DNA of 64,000 bases from Hypanus sabinus (taxonomy: Eukaryota): NCBI RefSeq assembly GCF_030144855.1, contig NC_082727.1, positions 18,786,001 through 18,850,000 of the forward strand, written 5' to 3'. Position 1 is the stretch's first letter. Every line of letters starts with the position of its first letter. A program made the position numbers and the translations under genes. This document shows positions 1 through 13,829 of the stretch, piece after piece. The notes below the pieces were generated by a model. That model had not been told where the DNA came from. It saw only the letters and a list, made by a program, of their open reading frames with translations, and ran no database searches.

Positions 1-759
1 AGGTAAAACTATACCAGACCCAGAATAAAGAGTTGCAGAGAAAGTGAAGTACAGTGCAGGTAGACACTAAGGTAGAAGAGGTAGATTGTGAGGTCGAGAG
101 TCCATTTAGGGAACTATTCAGAACTTCCTAAGTCCTCTGAAAGGAATTATTCAGTCTGATGTCAATGTGGGATTCAGGATTATTTGGAGGGAATATCGTG
201 GACAGGACATGCATATAATGACGCTGATGACTATGGATGAGTCACCATGATAGGCTAATGGCTCTCTGTTTCCTTGTTTTAACGCAGCACTTCAACAGCA
301 CCTTCAGGAAGTCTGACAGAATCTTGTTCTCACTTACCAACAGCCTCCCCATTAAACAATCCTGCTTCCTCTTCCAAAGGTGCTGCCTGACTTGATGAGT
401 GTTTTCAACATGTTTTGTAAATTTATCTAGATACAGCAGAGTAAAGGGTCCTTTCCGGCCCATTGAGTCCATACTTCCCAATTATGCTCATGTGACCAAT
501 TAACCTACTAACCGGTACATCTTTGGATTGAGGGAGAAGTATGATTGAACAGCGGAACTGACTCCATGGGCTGTATGGCCTAATTCTGCTCCAATGTCAT
601 ACGGTCTTAAAGAAACTGGAGCACTTGGATGAAATAGACTCCTTACGGAAAGCGGCAGGAATTAAACTCAGGGCACTAGCACTGTAATAGTGTTGCACTA
701 ACTTATGCACTGTCATGCCTGCTCTAAAACTCCAGCTAGTGGTGATGAGAAATTTCTGC

Positions 760-1267
760 ATTATCAGACCACAAAATTAGTGCCTCCAAGGCTGATTCCC
801 ATGAGGTTTCTGAGCCTGAGGAGATGCCATGAAAGACTTGCAAGTTTCTATAGATATTCGGTGGAGAAGATTCTGACTGGCTGCATCACCATCTGCCTGG
901 AAGCCTCACTGCACGGGATTGAAAGAGGCTCCAGAGGGTTGTAGACTCATCACGGGCACAACTGTCTCCACCATCCAGGACATCTTCAAAAGGCAGTGCC
1001 TCAAGAAGGCAGCATCGATCACAAACGACCCACGCTGTCTGGGACATCCTCTCATTACTACAATCAGGGAGGAGATACATGAGCCTGTAGACCCACACTC
1101 AATGTTTCTTCCCCTCCGCTATCATATTCTAAACGGTCAATGAACACAAGTTATTCCCTTTTTTCTGCACTATTTATTTATTTTTGAAACTTATAGTAAC
1201 TTGATGTCTTTACACTGTCCTATGACCACAAATCAACAAGTTTCAGGTTGAATAAACTGATTCTGAT
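760..1267 (+). mobile_element. Rex1/Babar LINE 3' fragment
   Basis: FYRYSVEKILTGCIT...TIQDIFKRQCLKKAASITNDP, ending AATAAACTGATTCTGAT. Confidence 0.7.
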
Positions 1268-1797
1268 CCCGTGCAATCTACTGCACAGCACATCTTTTAC
1301 CTCAGAGTCACTTTCCTGCACTACTCCCGTGTTTCTTAAAACTTTTATTTCTATTTCTATTAGAGATTCAGCAGATTAACAGTCCCCTCTGGCCCAATGA
1401 GCATGCACCCCCTAATTACAGCCATGTAACCAATTCAACTACTAACCTATACATTTTGGGAATGGGGGTAGAACTCAGAATTCCCTGAGGAAACCCATGC
1501 GGCAACGGGGAGAACCTACGAACTCCTTACAGACAGTGGTGGAATTGAACCCGGGATGTTGGCGCTGTCATAGCGTCATGCTAGCCACTACACTACCATA
1601 CTTTCCTGCCCTGTTATGCCTTGATAACTGAGAAGCCGTGACTCTGTGCTGAGATTGTACATAATTCATGGGTTGCTTTCGGTATAATTCGATGTCTCTC
1701 CATTGAGAAGTCCTGGCCAGAACAGGCACTTGAGAGCCACGAGACAGTGACGATAAGCTCATTTGCTGAACATGGAACACTGAAATCCAGTACCCAC

Positions 1798-1971
1798 CTG
1801 CTGGTACCACACCTGGGCTGTCTTCACACCAGCCCCCCAGATGTTGGCAAAAACCTCCAGCACAGAGACGCTGTCATTGATGTAGTCCAGCTTGCGCAGG
1901 TGCCCAGTTTCTAGGATCTCCCAAATCTTCTCGGCCATCCGCTTGCCGATTCCTGGGATCTGACAGGCCTC
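1798..1971 (-). CDS. POLL: POLL coding exon 4 in window (174 nt; lyase-domain HhH and start of fingers)
   Basis: ttccgtag|GAGGCC...CAGCAG|gtgggt. Translates [58 protein letters not shown]. Confidence 0.96.
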
Positions 1972-4900
1972 CTACGGAAAGTAAGGGGAAGGCTGGCTCA
2001 AAACCACACAAGTGGCAGAATTTTAAATGAGATTAAAAAAAAACACAAGATGCAGATCATAAATAGTTCACTGCTCCTTCATATCACTGAGTCTAAATCC
2101 TGGAACTGTGTTTAGATCCAGTGAACACAGTGAGGTACTGAGTTCAGTCCCTCAACAGCACTGTGGGGACACCTTCATCACTAGGACTGAAACAGTTACC
2201 CCTTACCAGGTGCTGATAGGAGCGGGCAATAAATGCTGGCCTGGAGAGTGATCCCCTGTGGTTCCCACCGCAAAAGCAGGATATAGTGCAAAGGAGAAAG
2301 CTTGATGTCAGCTCAACAGGAGAATTGTCATAGAAAACAACAGCTCAGAAACAGGCCTTTTGGCCCATCTAGTCCATGCTGAACCATTTAAACTTCCTCG
2401 TCCCATTGAGCTGCACCCGGACCACAGTCTTCCATACCCCTACCATCCATGTACCTATCCAAACCTCTCTTAAATGTTGAAATCGAGCTTGCATGCATCA
2501 CTTGTGTTGGCAGCTTGTTCCACACTCTCATGGGCCCTCTGAGTAAAGAAGTTACCCCTCATTTTCCCCTTAAGCATTTCACCTTTCATCCTTTACTCAC
2601 TGGAATCTCACCCAGCCTCAGTAGAAAAAGCCTGCTTGCATTTACCCTCATAATTTTGTATACCTCTATCATACCTTCTCCCAATCTCCTATATTCGAGG
2701 GAATAAAGTTCTAACCTATTCAATCTTTCTCTATAACTCAAGTCCTCAAGTCACGGCAACATCCTTGTAAATTTTCTCTGCACTCTTTCAATCTTCTTTA
2801 TATACAATACTCCAAATTAGGCGCCACCAACATTTTACACAACTTCAACATAACATCCTGTCTCCTGTACTCAATACTTTGATTTATGAAGGCCAATGTG
2901 TCAAAAGCTTTCTTTATGACTCTATCTACGTGTAACATCACTTTCCATGAATTATGGATCTTTGTTCTACTGCACCCCTCAGGTTGTTCCAGGTTGGTCC
3001 TCCCAAAGTGCTATACCTCAGACGTGACTGTATTAAACTCCATCTGCCATTTTCTACCTCATTTTCCCAGCTGGTTCATTTTCCACTGCAAGCTCTGATA
3101 GTCTTCCTCACTGCCCACTACACACCCAATCTTGGTGTCATCCGCAAATTTGATGATTCAGTTAACCACATTATCATCCAGATCATTGATGTAGATGACA
3201 AACAACAGTGGACCCAGCACCAATCACTGCAGCACTCCAGCAGTCACAGGCCTCCAGTCAGTGAAGCAAACCATTTACTGCCACTCTCTGGCTTCTTCTG
3301 CAAAGCCATTGTCCAATCCAATTTACTACCTCATCTTGAATGTCCAACAACTGCGCCTTCTTGATCAACCTCCTACGTGGGACCTTGTCTAATGCTTTGT
3401 TATACTCCCTGTAGACAACATCCACTGCTTTGCCTTCATCAACTTTCCAGGCAGCTTCTTCGAAGATTGGTTAGACAAAATCCACCACACATAAAGCCGA
3501 CTATCCCTAATGAGTCCTCATCTATCCAAATACTCATATATCCAGTCCCTTAGAATATCTTCTAATAACTTCCCCACTACTGATGTATGGCTCACCAGCC
3601 TACAATTTCCTGGTTTATTCTTAGAGCTGACAGCAAAACAACATTAGCTAACCTCCAGTACCTGTCGCTAAGGATGACTTAAATATCTCTGCTCGCGCCA
3701 CTTCAATTTCTACACTTGCCTCTCTCAGGGTCTGAGGGAACACCTGGTCAGGCCCTGGGGATTTGTTCACCCTAATTTGCCTCAAGAGAACAAATACATC
3801 CTCCTGTGTAACCTGTAGTCCAGGATTTCGCTGCTGCTTTGTCTCACTTCTATAGACTCGGTGTCTATTTCCCCGAATAAATACAGATGCAAAAAAATCC
3901 AAATAAGATCTCCTGCAGCTCGTTTAGCTCCACACATGGATTACCACACTGGTCTTCCAGAGGACCATTTTTGACCCTTGCTATCCTTTTGCTCTTAACA
4001 TATCTATAGAATCCCTTAGGATTCTCCTTCGCCTTGTCTGCTAGAGCAACCTTATACCTTCTTTTAGTCTTCCTGATTTCTTTCTTAAATGTTCTCTTGC
4101 ATTTCTTATACTCAATACACACTTCATTTGTTTCTACCTGCCTATACCTGCTATGCCCCTCCTTTATTTTACTTAACCAGGGCCTCAACATCTCTTGAAA
4201 ACCAAGATTCCTTAAACCTATTATCCTTGCCTTTTATTCTGACAGACACATACAAGCTCTGTATTCTCAAAATCTCACTTTTGAGAGCCTCCCACTTACC
4301 AAGTACGCCTTCGCCAGGAAACAACTCGTCCCAATCCACACTTGCCAGTTCCCTTCTGATACCATCAAAATTTCTCCAATTTAGAATCTTAAATCGAGGT
4401 CTCGACCCATCCTTTTCCATAATTACCTTGAAATTAATGGCATTACGATGCAAAGTGTCACCCACCCTGTCTCACTCCCTAATAGAAGATCAAGTATTGC
4501 ACGCTCTCTCATTGAAACTTCTATGTACTGATTAAGGAAATTTTCCTGAACACAGTATGGGACTCCCAGTCAATATGCGGAAGATTAAAATCACCTACCA
4601 TCACAACCTTGTGTTTCTTGCAACAATCTGTGATCTCTCTACAGATTTGCTTCTTTAAGTCCCGTGGACCTTTGGGTGTCTATAACATACCCCATTAACG
4701 TGGTCATAGCTTTCTTGTTCCTCAGTTCCACCCTTAAAGACTCACTAGACGAGTTCTCCGGTCTATCTTGACTGAGCACTACCATGACATTTTCCCTGCC
4801 TAGTAATGCCATCCTTCTCGTAGTATTGTGTCTAAAACAACGCAACCCTGGAATTCTGAGCTGCCTCCTGCAACCAAGCCTGACTCAACCTGAGCGCATC

Positions 4901-7900
4901 TGCCTTTTGTTTATTTTATTTATTTATTAAGATACGGCGAGGAACAGACCCTTCCGGATCGTCGTGCCACGCCGACCACCAATCTCCTCCGTACAGGTCC
5001 CACCTTCCCTGGAAGGGAGCCCAATAATCCAAAAATCTGATGCCCTCCGTCCTACATCAACTCCTTTGCCACATATTAAACTGTATGATCTTCCTATTTC
5101 TGGCTCCAGTAGCATGTAGCACAGGTAGTAATCCTGAGATTACAGACCAGAAGGTCCTATCCTTTAACTTAGGACCTAACTCCCTGAACTCACTTTGCAG
5201 AACTTTGTCCGTCTTCCTACCTACGTCATTGGTATCTAAATGGACCATGACCTCTAGCTGCTCACCCTCCCACTTAAACATGCTGAGGACTCAATCCAAG
5301 ATTCCAGTACCCTGGCATTCAGGAGGTAATATACTGTTAAAAAAAAATACTTACTACTTACAACGATGATTAGTGAGGCACAGAGAGATCTGTTGTTTAC
5401 TGACAAGTACCTTTACTGTTTAAACTAAGAAGAATGTGAATTCATACACTAAATACCTTGTGTGCACACTTGCTAGGCATCCCTGACTCACTTGAATAGT
5501 CAAAGAATAGCAAAGGTATTACCTGGGCCAGTTTATTCTGGCCAGGCATTACTTGTTTTCCCGATTCACTTACCACATGTTTCACACAGGGTTGATTACA
5601 CTTGTATTTACGATAGTTACTCTTTGAAGTTACTGCTATCAACACACACGAAGCATCCACTTTTATATCCATTCCTTATCAATTCAAATATTGCATTCCA
5701 GTGTCATTGGCCACAGGCCACGTGTCTGTCCTTTAACACCTTGTTATTGGCTCTGCTCCAAGCCAGCATCCATTTATTGCCCTCTTCCCATCAAGAGACA
5801 GTCAATAATTTATGATTCTTTGTTCTCAATCAGCAATGAGCTCAAATCACTTCAGGCAGGCATCAACCCCAACATTCACAAACCTGCATGTTATAGCCAA
5901 CCAAAGAACATCTCACAAATAACTTCTTAATTGGAAATTATCTTCAGTCCAGCAGATTACCTTAGAAACATGGTGTCTTCTTCAAAACAAGAAAGAATAA
6001 AAAGCTGGGGGGAGCGGAAGGAGGGTAGTTAGAAGGTGATGTGAAGCCAGGTGGGTGGGGAGGTAAAGGGCTGGAGAGGAAGGAATCTGATAGGAGAGGA
6101 GAGTGGGCCACTGGAGAAAGGGGAGGAGGAGGGGTCCCAAGGGGACGTGATAGTCAGGTGAGGAGAGGTAAGAGACTAGGGTGGGGAATAGGAGAAGGGG
6201 GAAGGGAAAGAAAACTATTTTTGCTGGAAGGAGAAATTGATATTCATGCCATCAGGATCTTATTTCGGTGTGATTGGCGAGAAAAACCACTGGACTCTGT
6301 AATAGGGTGAGAGATCCTGTGAATGAATAGATAAAAACAAACTGAAGGAAGAGGCTAGTGGCTTAATTTAGAATTGAGGCAGTATCTTTCTTTAGAGCAT
6401 CAGCCCTTTCCTCGGTTAATCCTTTCAGATGCCCCACAAACTTTCACTTTTATTCTATCCTCTCTTTTTTCCCTTAAATCTAGATAGGGTCTTTGGTCTA
6501 AAATGTTACTTGTGTTTTTCTCTCTATAGGAGCTGCCCGAACTGCTGATATTTGCTCGTGCTTTTGGTTTTTCTTTCAGGTTTCCTGCATCTGCAGAACA
6601 TTTTCCTCTTTTCAGATTCCATTATTTCCTGCCAGGTCTGGTCAGAACATTATCCTCAAACAGAAATTCCCTTGTAACAGCACAGATACCCACCATCTGG
6701 GCCATGCTATTTTCAAAGTTCAAAAGTTCAAAGTTTAAAGTAGTTTTATTATCAAAGTACATATATACAACCCCGAGATTAATTTTCTCATGGGCATTCA
6801 CAGTAATTACAAAGGAACGCAATAGAATCAGTGATAGACCACACCCAATAGGACAGACAACAACCAACGTGCAAAAAATAAAAACAAACTGTGCAAATAC
6901 AAAATAAAAGGAAAAAGGAAACAACATAATAAAAAAATAAATGAACATAAATATTGAGAATGAAATGAAGAATCCTTGAAAGTGAGTCCTTCAGTTGAGG
7001 GTGTAGTTCAGTGACGGGGTAACTGAAGTTGAGTGAAGTTATCCCCTTTGGTTCAGGAGCCTGACGGTTGAGAGGTAGTAACTGTTCCTGAACCTGGTGA
7101 TTCTGGTCCTGAGGCTCCTGTACCTTCGTCCCGATGGTAGTAGCGAGAAGAGAACATGGCCTGGATGGTGGGGTCCTTGATGATGGCTACTGCTTTCCTG
7201 TGACAACGCTCTGTGTAAGAGTACTTAATGGCGAAGAGGGCCTTATCTGTGTTGAAGGATTTTCTGAACGAGGATTTTGGTGTTTCCATAGTAGGCCATG
7301 ATGCCACCAGTCAATATACTCTCTCCACCATACATCTATACAAGTTTGTCAAAGTTTTAGATGACATGCCAAATCTTTGCAAACTTCTTGGAAAGTAGAG
7401 GTGCTGCCATGTTTTCTTTGTAATAGCGCTTACATGCTGGACCTAGGACAGATCCTCTGAAATGATAACATCAAGGAATTCAAAGTTGCTGACCCTCTTC
7501 ATATCTGATGCTCTGATGGGGACTGTTAGTCCATGGACCTCTGGTTTCCTCCTCCTGAAGTCTATAATTATCTCCTTGGTCTTGCTGACATTGAGTGAGC
7601 GTTTGTATGTATCCACAAATGAGTGAAGAGTCAATGAAATGGCATCTGCAGTTGACCTTTTGTGATAGTAGGCAAACTGGAGAGGATCCAAGTCACTTCT
7701 CAGGCAGAAGTTGGGATGTTTTATCACCAGCTTCTCAAAGCACTTCATCACAGTGGATGTAAATGCTAGTGCACAATAGTCATTAAGATAGGTTACCACG
7801 TTCTTCTCACAGTATCAGGCAGGAGGTACAGAATCTTTAAGTCCCATACCACCAGGTTGAACAACAACTACTTTCCTTCAACCATTCAGTCCTTGAACCA

Positions 7901-10900
7901 ACCTGCACAATTTTAATCACTGTGAACGACTCTTTATACTATAATGAGTCACTTTTTTGTTGTTCACTTCACTTTTTTGTTATTCTAATGGTGTTCTTTT
8001 GTGTGTAGTATGTTGAATTTATGCTTTCCTTGTGAATGCTGCTTATCTGATGTCATGTGCCTGTGATGCTGCTGCAAATAAGCTTTTCATTGCACCTGTC
8101 CACACATATACATGTGCAGATGGTAACAGAACCTACCATACATGTTGTAAACCTGTCACACAGACAGCAGTATGGTTAGTGAAACTCTTTACAGTGCCAG
8201 CGATCACTGATTAGGTTTCAATTACCACTGAGTTTGTATGTTCTCCCCGTGACTGTGTGAGTTTCCTCCTGCTGCTCCAGTTTTCTCCTACATTCTTAAG
8301 ACGTACAGCATAGGGTTAAAAAGTTATGGGCATGCTATGTTGGCACTGGAAACATGACAACACTTGCAGGCAGCCCCCAGCGCATCCTCAGGCTGTATTG
8401 TTGCAAATGACACATTCCACATCTGACAAATGAAGCCAATCATTAAATAAACTCTTCTCGGGCTTACAACTGGGTACAGGTATCGATTATAACAGATTTA
8501 TTCATCATATACACTGAGAAAGCACTAGATCCTTTTTCCAATCATTAAATCTTTAGAAACTTGAGTATGTTTTGTGGAAGAGGTCTTACCTCATAGGAGG
8601 AGATTGGTTTATGATAACTCTTCAGAGCGTTGATGGCCTTGCCATATCCCAGTGCTCTCCATCTGTCACCCTGATGTGTGTATGCAGTCTCCAGTACTTT
8701 CAGCTTGTCCGTGATGGCCTTGTTGTGGTTCACCTTCTTGCTTTCCGATGACTGAGAACACACCCATTTCTTGCTCACGCCCTGTTCTCGGAGTTCGGGG
8801 CTGGCAGCTGGACGCCTGTCCCCGGAGATCAGAGCCCGCAGATCAAGCTGGGAGACACCATCATCCTCAGAATCACTGCTGCTGTCAGCGTTGGGGAACT
8901 GAGGAGACATTCCAGAGGGGTTCAATGTATTAGAACATAGAACAGCACAGCACAGCATAAACACAAGCGATTCCGCAGATGCTGGAAATATAAGATCATA
9001 AGATGCAGAAGCAGAATTAGGAAACTTGGCCCATTGAGTCTGCTCTGCTGTTCCATCATGGCTGAAGAAATCTCTCCTCATCTGTATTCTAAATGGAGTC
9101 CCTCTATTCTGAGGCTTTGCTCTCTGGTCCCAGGTTCCACCACTATAGGAAACATCCTCTCTGCGCCCACACCATCTACACCTCTCAATATTCCATACGT
9201 TTCAACGAGATCCCTCCTCATTCTTCTAAACTCCAGCAAGTACAAACCCAGAGCTATCAAAGGCTCCTCATACACTTCTGTAGTGATTATTTAAAGATCA
9301 TTACTAATGTCTCCACAATATATCAGCCACTTCTTTCAGAGCCCTTGGTGTTGTCCAGCTGACTTATCTACTTTCAGCTTCTCAAGCACCTTGTCCTTAA
9401 TAGTAGCAACTGCACTCACTTCTGCCCCCTGACGTTCTTGAATTTCTGGCATACTGTTCACGTCTTCCATAGTGAAGACTGACGTAAAACACATATTAAG
9501 CTTGTCCATCATTTTATCGTTCTCCATTACTACCCATCCAGTGTCATTTTCCAGCAGTCTGATTTCCACTCCTGCCTCTCTTTTACTCTTTACATATCTG
9601 AAAAAGCTTCTATTATCTTGTTTTATTTTATTGGCTAGGTTTCCATATTTCATCTTTTCTCTCCTTATGGCTTTGTTAGATGCTTTCTGCTGGTTTTTAA
9701 AAGCTTCCCAAACCTTTAACTTCCCACTACTTTTGTTATATTATATGCGCCTCTTTACCTTTTAGCTTCCCTTGTCAGTCACAGTTGTCTCATCCTCCCT
9801 TTAGAATACCATTTTCATCTTTGTGATGTATCAATCCTGCGCTCTCCAAATTGTCCCCAGAAACTCCAGCCATTGCTGTTCTCCCTTCATCCTTGCTGGT
9901 TCCCCCTTCCAATTAACTTTGACCAGGTCCTCTCTCATGCCTCTGTAATCCCCTTTACACTGTAATACTGACACATCTGACTTTATGTTCTCTCTCTCAA
10001 ACTGCAGGGTGAATTTGATCACTGACCCCAAAGGGTTCTTTTACCTTAAGCTCCCTAATCAAATCTGGTTCATTACACAACATCCAATCCAGAATTGCCT
10101 TTCTCCAGTGGGTTTTCTTGGGATCCAGCACTAACCTGATTTTCCCAATCTACCTGCATATTGAAATCCCCCATGACTATTGTAACATTGCTCTTTTAAA
10201 AGTCTTTTCTATCTCTCATTGTAATTTGTATACCACATCCCAGGTACTGTTTCGACGTCTGTATCTCTCTACCGAATTAGCTTAAATCCTTCCCAACAGC
10301 TCTAGCAAACCTACCCACAAGGATATTGATCCCCCTCGAGTTCAGGTGTATCCTGTCCTTTAAGTACAGGTCATACCTTTCCCATAAGCGATGGCAATGA
10401 TCCAGAAATCTGAAACCCTGCCCCCTGCACCAATCCTATACTCCAGATCCAATAGAAGGCACCAGTGATAGTTGGGGCGGAAGAGGTAGGAAGTGGGTTA
10501 CATTACCTGGGCTGCAGAGTCCTGAAATGGTTCCACATTTTCTTTGGTGGTAATACCTTGCTGGTGCTCAACTAGAGGCTCCTTTGGCCTTGTGTTGTTC
10601 GCATCCGGCAACAGTGAAGACGGCTTGTTCACCTCGGTACACTTGTTCCCTTGCAGGTCTTCATCCCCTGATCTCTGAGGACGGTCCTGCTGTTCCAGCA
10701 GCTGACGGTCATCTGGGGTGAAGATGCTGAAGCCCGAGGGGCTCAGAAGCCTCCGCTCTGAGATACACGAGCTGAGCCAGACGGAGCGCAACACATGGGC
10801 ACCGGGAGGCCGCACCTCACGCTTCAGGAGGCGCAGGGCTCGGTCACAGTCCATCCCATCTTCCACGATCACGTGAGTCACTGCTGGGCTGAAGGCCAGG

Positions 10901-13758
10901 AGGACCTCGCCACCGTTCTGTCTGATCTGCTTCTGAAAGATTTCTGCCCGGGTCTTTCCGATCCCCGCCTGGACGATATATGCTGTCACTCCACTCAGCC
11001 ACTGCTCTGCAGAGAGGCAAGAAAGGCAGCAAGGACTGTAAAAACCCAGTCGTACTGTGTGAGAGGCGCTGACAACATTTGCAGTGAGCTGGGATAGCAG
11101 TAGTTGTGGACCTGAAAGGACAGGGGTAACCAGTGTAGCAAGTGATTGGGCCAGTGATCAGAGGCCATGAGAAGAGAAGGCAGAAAATGCCACTCCAGCT
11201 TGGCTTCCCTCACCCAGAGTTGTTACTACCTGGACCAAGCTACTCAAAAGGATAGTGGAGTCAGATTATAAACAAGATATTCTGCAGATGCTGGAAATCT
11301 TGAGCAACACACACAAAGTGCTGGAGCATCAGGCAGCATCTATGGAGGGGAATAGAACAGTCAACATTTCAGGCCGAGACCTTTCATCAGGACTAGAAAG
11401 CAAGGGGGCAGGAGCCAGCATATGTAAGTGAGGGGCAAGGAAGGATTACAAGCTGGCAGGTGACAGGTGAAACCGGGTGAGCGGCTGGGCAGAGAAGGAC
11501 TGTATGTATTCAGCTTGGTGGGCCTCCTATTCAGAGGTTGGCACTGATGATCAAGAATCAGTTCAAATCCCACCACAGCAGCCAGGGAATTTAAATAAAT
11601 CGGGAATAAAGAACTAGCATGATCACAAAACTACTGAAAGATACAGAAATGCATCTGGCTTATTAGTGTCTTCAGGAACAAAATCTGCATTTGTAACTGA
11701 ACCTGCAAGAAAATGAATCTTAAAGTAGTAAACGGTAGCATACACATACTTCAATAACAAATTCTACTTTGACTTTGTTTCCCAGCCCCCCTCACCCACT
11801 TTGCAGCTGAAAACACGGTTGTTTTTCACTTTCCCAGTTCTGAGGAAGGAGCCTGCCCTGCCAGGCGTGCCATGCATTTCTGAGCCGTTCTGATCAAGCG
11901 TAGACAGGGACAGTAGCAGATGCCAGTTTGCCAGTGATGCCACATGCCATAAGCAATTAAACAAAAAGCACACTTTGAAAGATTGATGCAGGAGGTTCTG
12001 CAGACCTTGAGCCATGCACACTACATACTGGAGGGCCTCAGCAGGTCAGACAGGAGGAAGATAAAAGCTGAAGTTCTAAATACTAAAGCTTAGCTTTATT
12101 TGTCATATGTGAATCGAAACATGCAGTAAAATATGTCATTCGCATCAACGACCAACACTGTCTGAGGACAGCCCTCAAGTGTCGCCATGCATCCAGTGCC
12201 AACACGGCACACCCACAACTTACCAACCTTAACCTGTACGTCTTTGAATGTGAGGTGAAACTGGAGCATTTGGAGGAACTCCTTAAAGACAGCAGTTTTA
12301 ATTGAACCGGGGTCATTGGCTCTGCCAAGCGTTGTGCTAACTGACAAGTTTTTTTGGGATGAGATCCTTCATACAGATTGCCTGACTTGCTGAATTCCTC
12401 CAGCATTTTGTGTGTTGCTTTTGGAAGACTGTATACTTGAATAGATGACTTTCTCAGGGACAGCACAGGCACAATAACCTGAACAGGCTGAAGGCATCTG
12501 CTGCTTTCTGATGCCCGGTAAGCTTAGGTCCAGTGATTCTTACTTGTCCAGTAGATCAGACTCTGCAGTGAATCACCAATGAAAAGCTCCCACATTGCTC
12601 CAGGCATCAGGTGTAAAAAAAGATGATCGAACATTACCAAACAAAAATTCAGCGGCAGGTTGAGTACAGCTTCTTAACTGAGAACATGGATGACCGAATT
12701 GAGGTCGATAAGAACGAGAAAAGTATTAACTTGTTGACTCACAGACAGAGAATTTACAACAAGCCTTTTGCGTCAGTGCCAGGTGGCAAGGTAGTGTAAC
12801 ACTTTACATCACCCACTGCTGTCTGTATGGAATTTGCACGTTCTCCCAGTGACAATGTGCATTCCTGTGGGTGCTCTGCTTCCAAACACATTTGGGTTAG
12901 GGTCAGTAAATTGTGGACTTGCTATCATGGCAGTCAGAAGAGACTTGTGGGCTGACCCAGCACATCCCGGTATTGTGTTGGTAGTTGACGCAAATGACAC
13001 AGATATTTCGATGTACATACGACAAATGCAGATAATCTTTAATCTGATAATCTGTTCTCAGTACTTAGCTCTGTAACTCTGCAGATCACAGCACTTCAAG
13101 CTCCTCTAAAAGTTGCAAAACAGAACAGCACGTATTCTAAATTATGTTAATACAGCGGTATAACAAAATACGGTAGCCAGTTTGTGCACAATATAAACAG
13201 AGCTGTGGCAAAAATAGTCTATAATAAATACACACAATCTCTAGTTTACAGTGGTTTTAAAGTTCACACAGTAGGGGTGTGGATATTGAATATTGAATGA
13301 CATGCAGAAGTTGTTCCCAGTAGTGGGAGAGTCAGGCATAGCCTCAAAATAGAAAGATTCAGAATAGAAGGACGTCTCTTTAGAACAGATGAGGAGGAAC
13401 TTCTTTAGCCAGAGGGTGGTGAATCTGTGAAATTCATTGCCACAGACAGCTGTGGAAGACAAGTCATAAGGCATTTTTAAAGCAGAGGTTGATAGGTACT
13501 TGATTAGCAAGGGTGTCAAAGGTTACAGGGATAAACTGTTGGTTGGGAAAATAAATTAGGCAAGATCGAATGACAGAGCAGACTCGATGGGCTGAATGGC
13601 TTACTTCTGCTCCTATGTCTTGAGGTGAAGATCACAGTTAGCCTACCTTTGACTTCCTCTGGCTTTGCCTTTTTCTGGGGTGTCCCTGCTGTGGTTGAGT
13701 GGATCTCCTGGCCTCGTTTCACCTTTCGAAATGCCTTTACAATCCCCTGAGGCTCCAT
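1798..13758 (-). CDS. POLL: DNA polymerase lambda, 5' partial spliced CDS: complement(join(1798..1971,8590..8898,10507..11006,13647..13758)), 1095 nt = 365 codons; remaining polymerase-domain exons lie left of the window
   Basis: Four GT-AG exons splice in frame (intron phases 1,0,0). Product runs [10 protein letters not shown]... through the BRCT domain, linker and 8-kDa lyase domain to ...[15 protein letters not shown], matching vertebrate Pol lambda as I recall it ([41 protein letters not shown]). Order relative to DPCD and FBXW4 is the conserved one. Confidence 0.96.
2325..5330 (-). mobile_element. Old, degraded, internally deleted CR1 LINE spanning ORF1 esterase, APE endonuclease and RT remnants
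   Basis: [11 protein letters not shown]...[10 protein letters not shown]...VISGLLPV (CR1 ORF1 esterase-like, 5057-5281); [13 protein letters not shown] (endonuclease, ~4700); [15 protein letters not shown] and NKSPGPDQ (3650-4190); RT and 3' remnants down to ~2325. Many stops and frameshifts. Confidence 0.8.
6690..7800 (-). mobile_element. Rex1/Babar-type LINE fragment with internal deletion
   Basis: [22 protein letters not shown]...DPLQFAY...RSTADAISL joined to [19 protein letters not shown]..., then the C-terminus and AT-rich 3'UTR. Confidence 0.75.
8160..8440 (+). mobile_element. tRNA-derived SINE (V-SINE/HE1-like); representative of copies at ~1370-1600(-), ~12765-13040(+), ~22980-23140(-), ~30750-30970(-) and ~42030-42260(+)
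   Basis: Shared core GAGTTTGTATGTTCTCCCCGTGACTGTGTGAGTTTCCTCC.GCTGCTCCAGTTT at all copies. Family name is from memory. Confidence 0.55.
8590..8898 (-). CDS. POLL: POLL coding exon 3 (309 nt; end of linker and 8-kDa dRP-lyase domain)
   Basis: ctcctcag|TTCCCC...TATGAG|gtaaga. Translates [14 protein letters not shown]...[47 protein letters not shown]. Confidence 0.95.
8990..10440 (-). mobile_element. Degraded CR1 LINE fragments directly abutting POLL exons 2 and 3
   Basis: [20 protein letters not shown]...FTSVFTMED (9336-9653); [22 protein letters not shown] (9078-9275); tail-like TAAGATCATAAGAT at ~8992. Confidence 0.75.
10507..11006 (-). CDS. POLL: POLL coding exon 2 (500 nt; BRCT domain and linker)
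   Basis: ctctgcag|AGCAGTGG...GCCCAG|gtaatg. Translates (E)[32 protein letters not shown]...[19 protein letters not shown]...[17 protein letters not shown], a BRCT signature. Starts in phase 1 as the upstream exon requires. Confidence 0.95.
13647..13758 (-). CDS. POLL: POLL first coding exon (112 coding nt; whole exon 13647-13801 includes 5'UTR)
   Basis: ATG at 13758-13756. Translates [37 protein letters not shown]+G|gtaggc. Upstream acceptor cgaacag| at 13801/13802; no upstream ATG within the exon. Confidence 0.9.
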
Positions 13759-13829
13759 GCACAGCACGCCAGTTGATTGCCAGGGCTAGCGGTCCACCCA
13801 CCTGTTCGACGATTCACAAGGAAAACACA

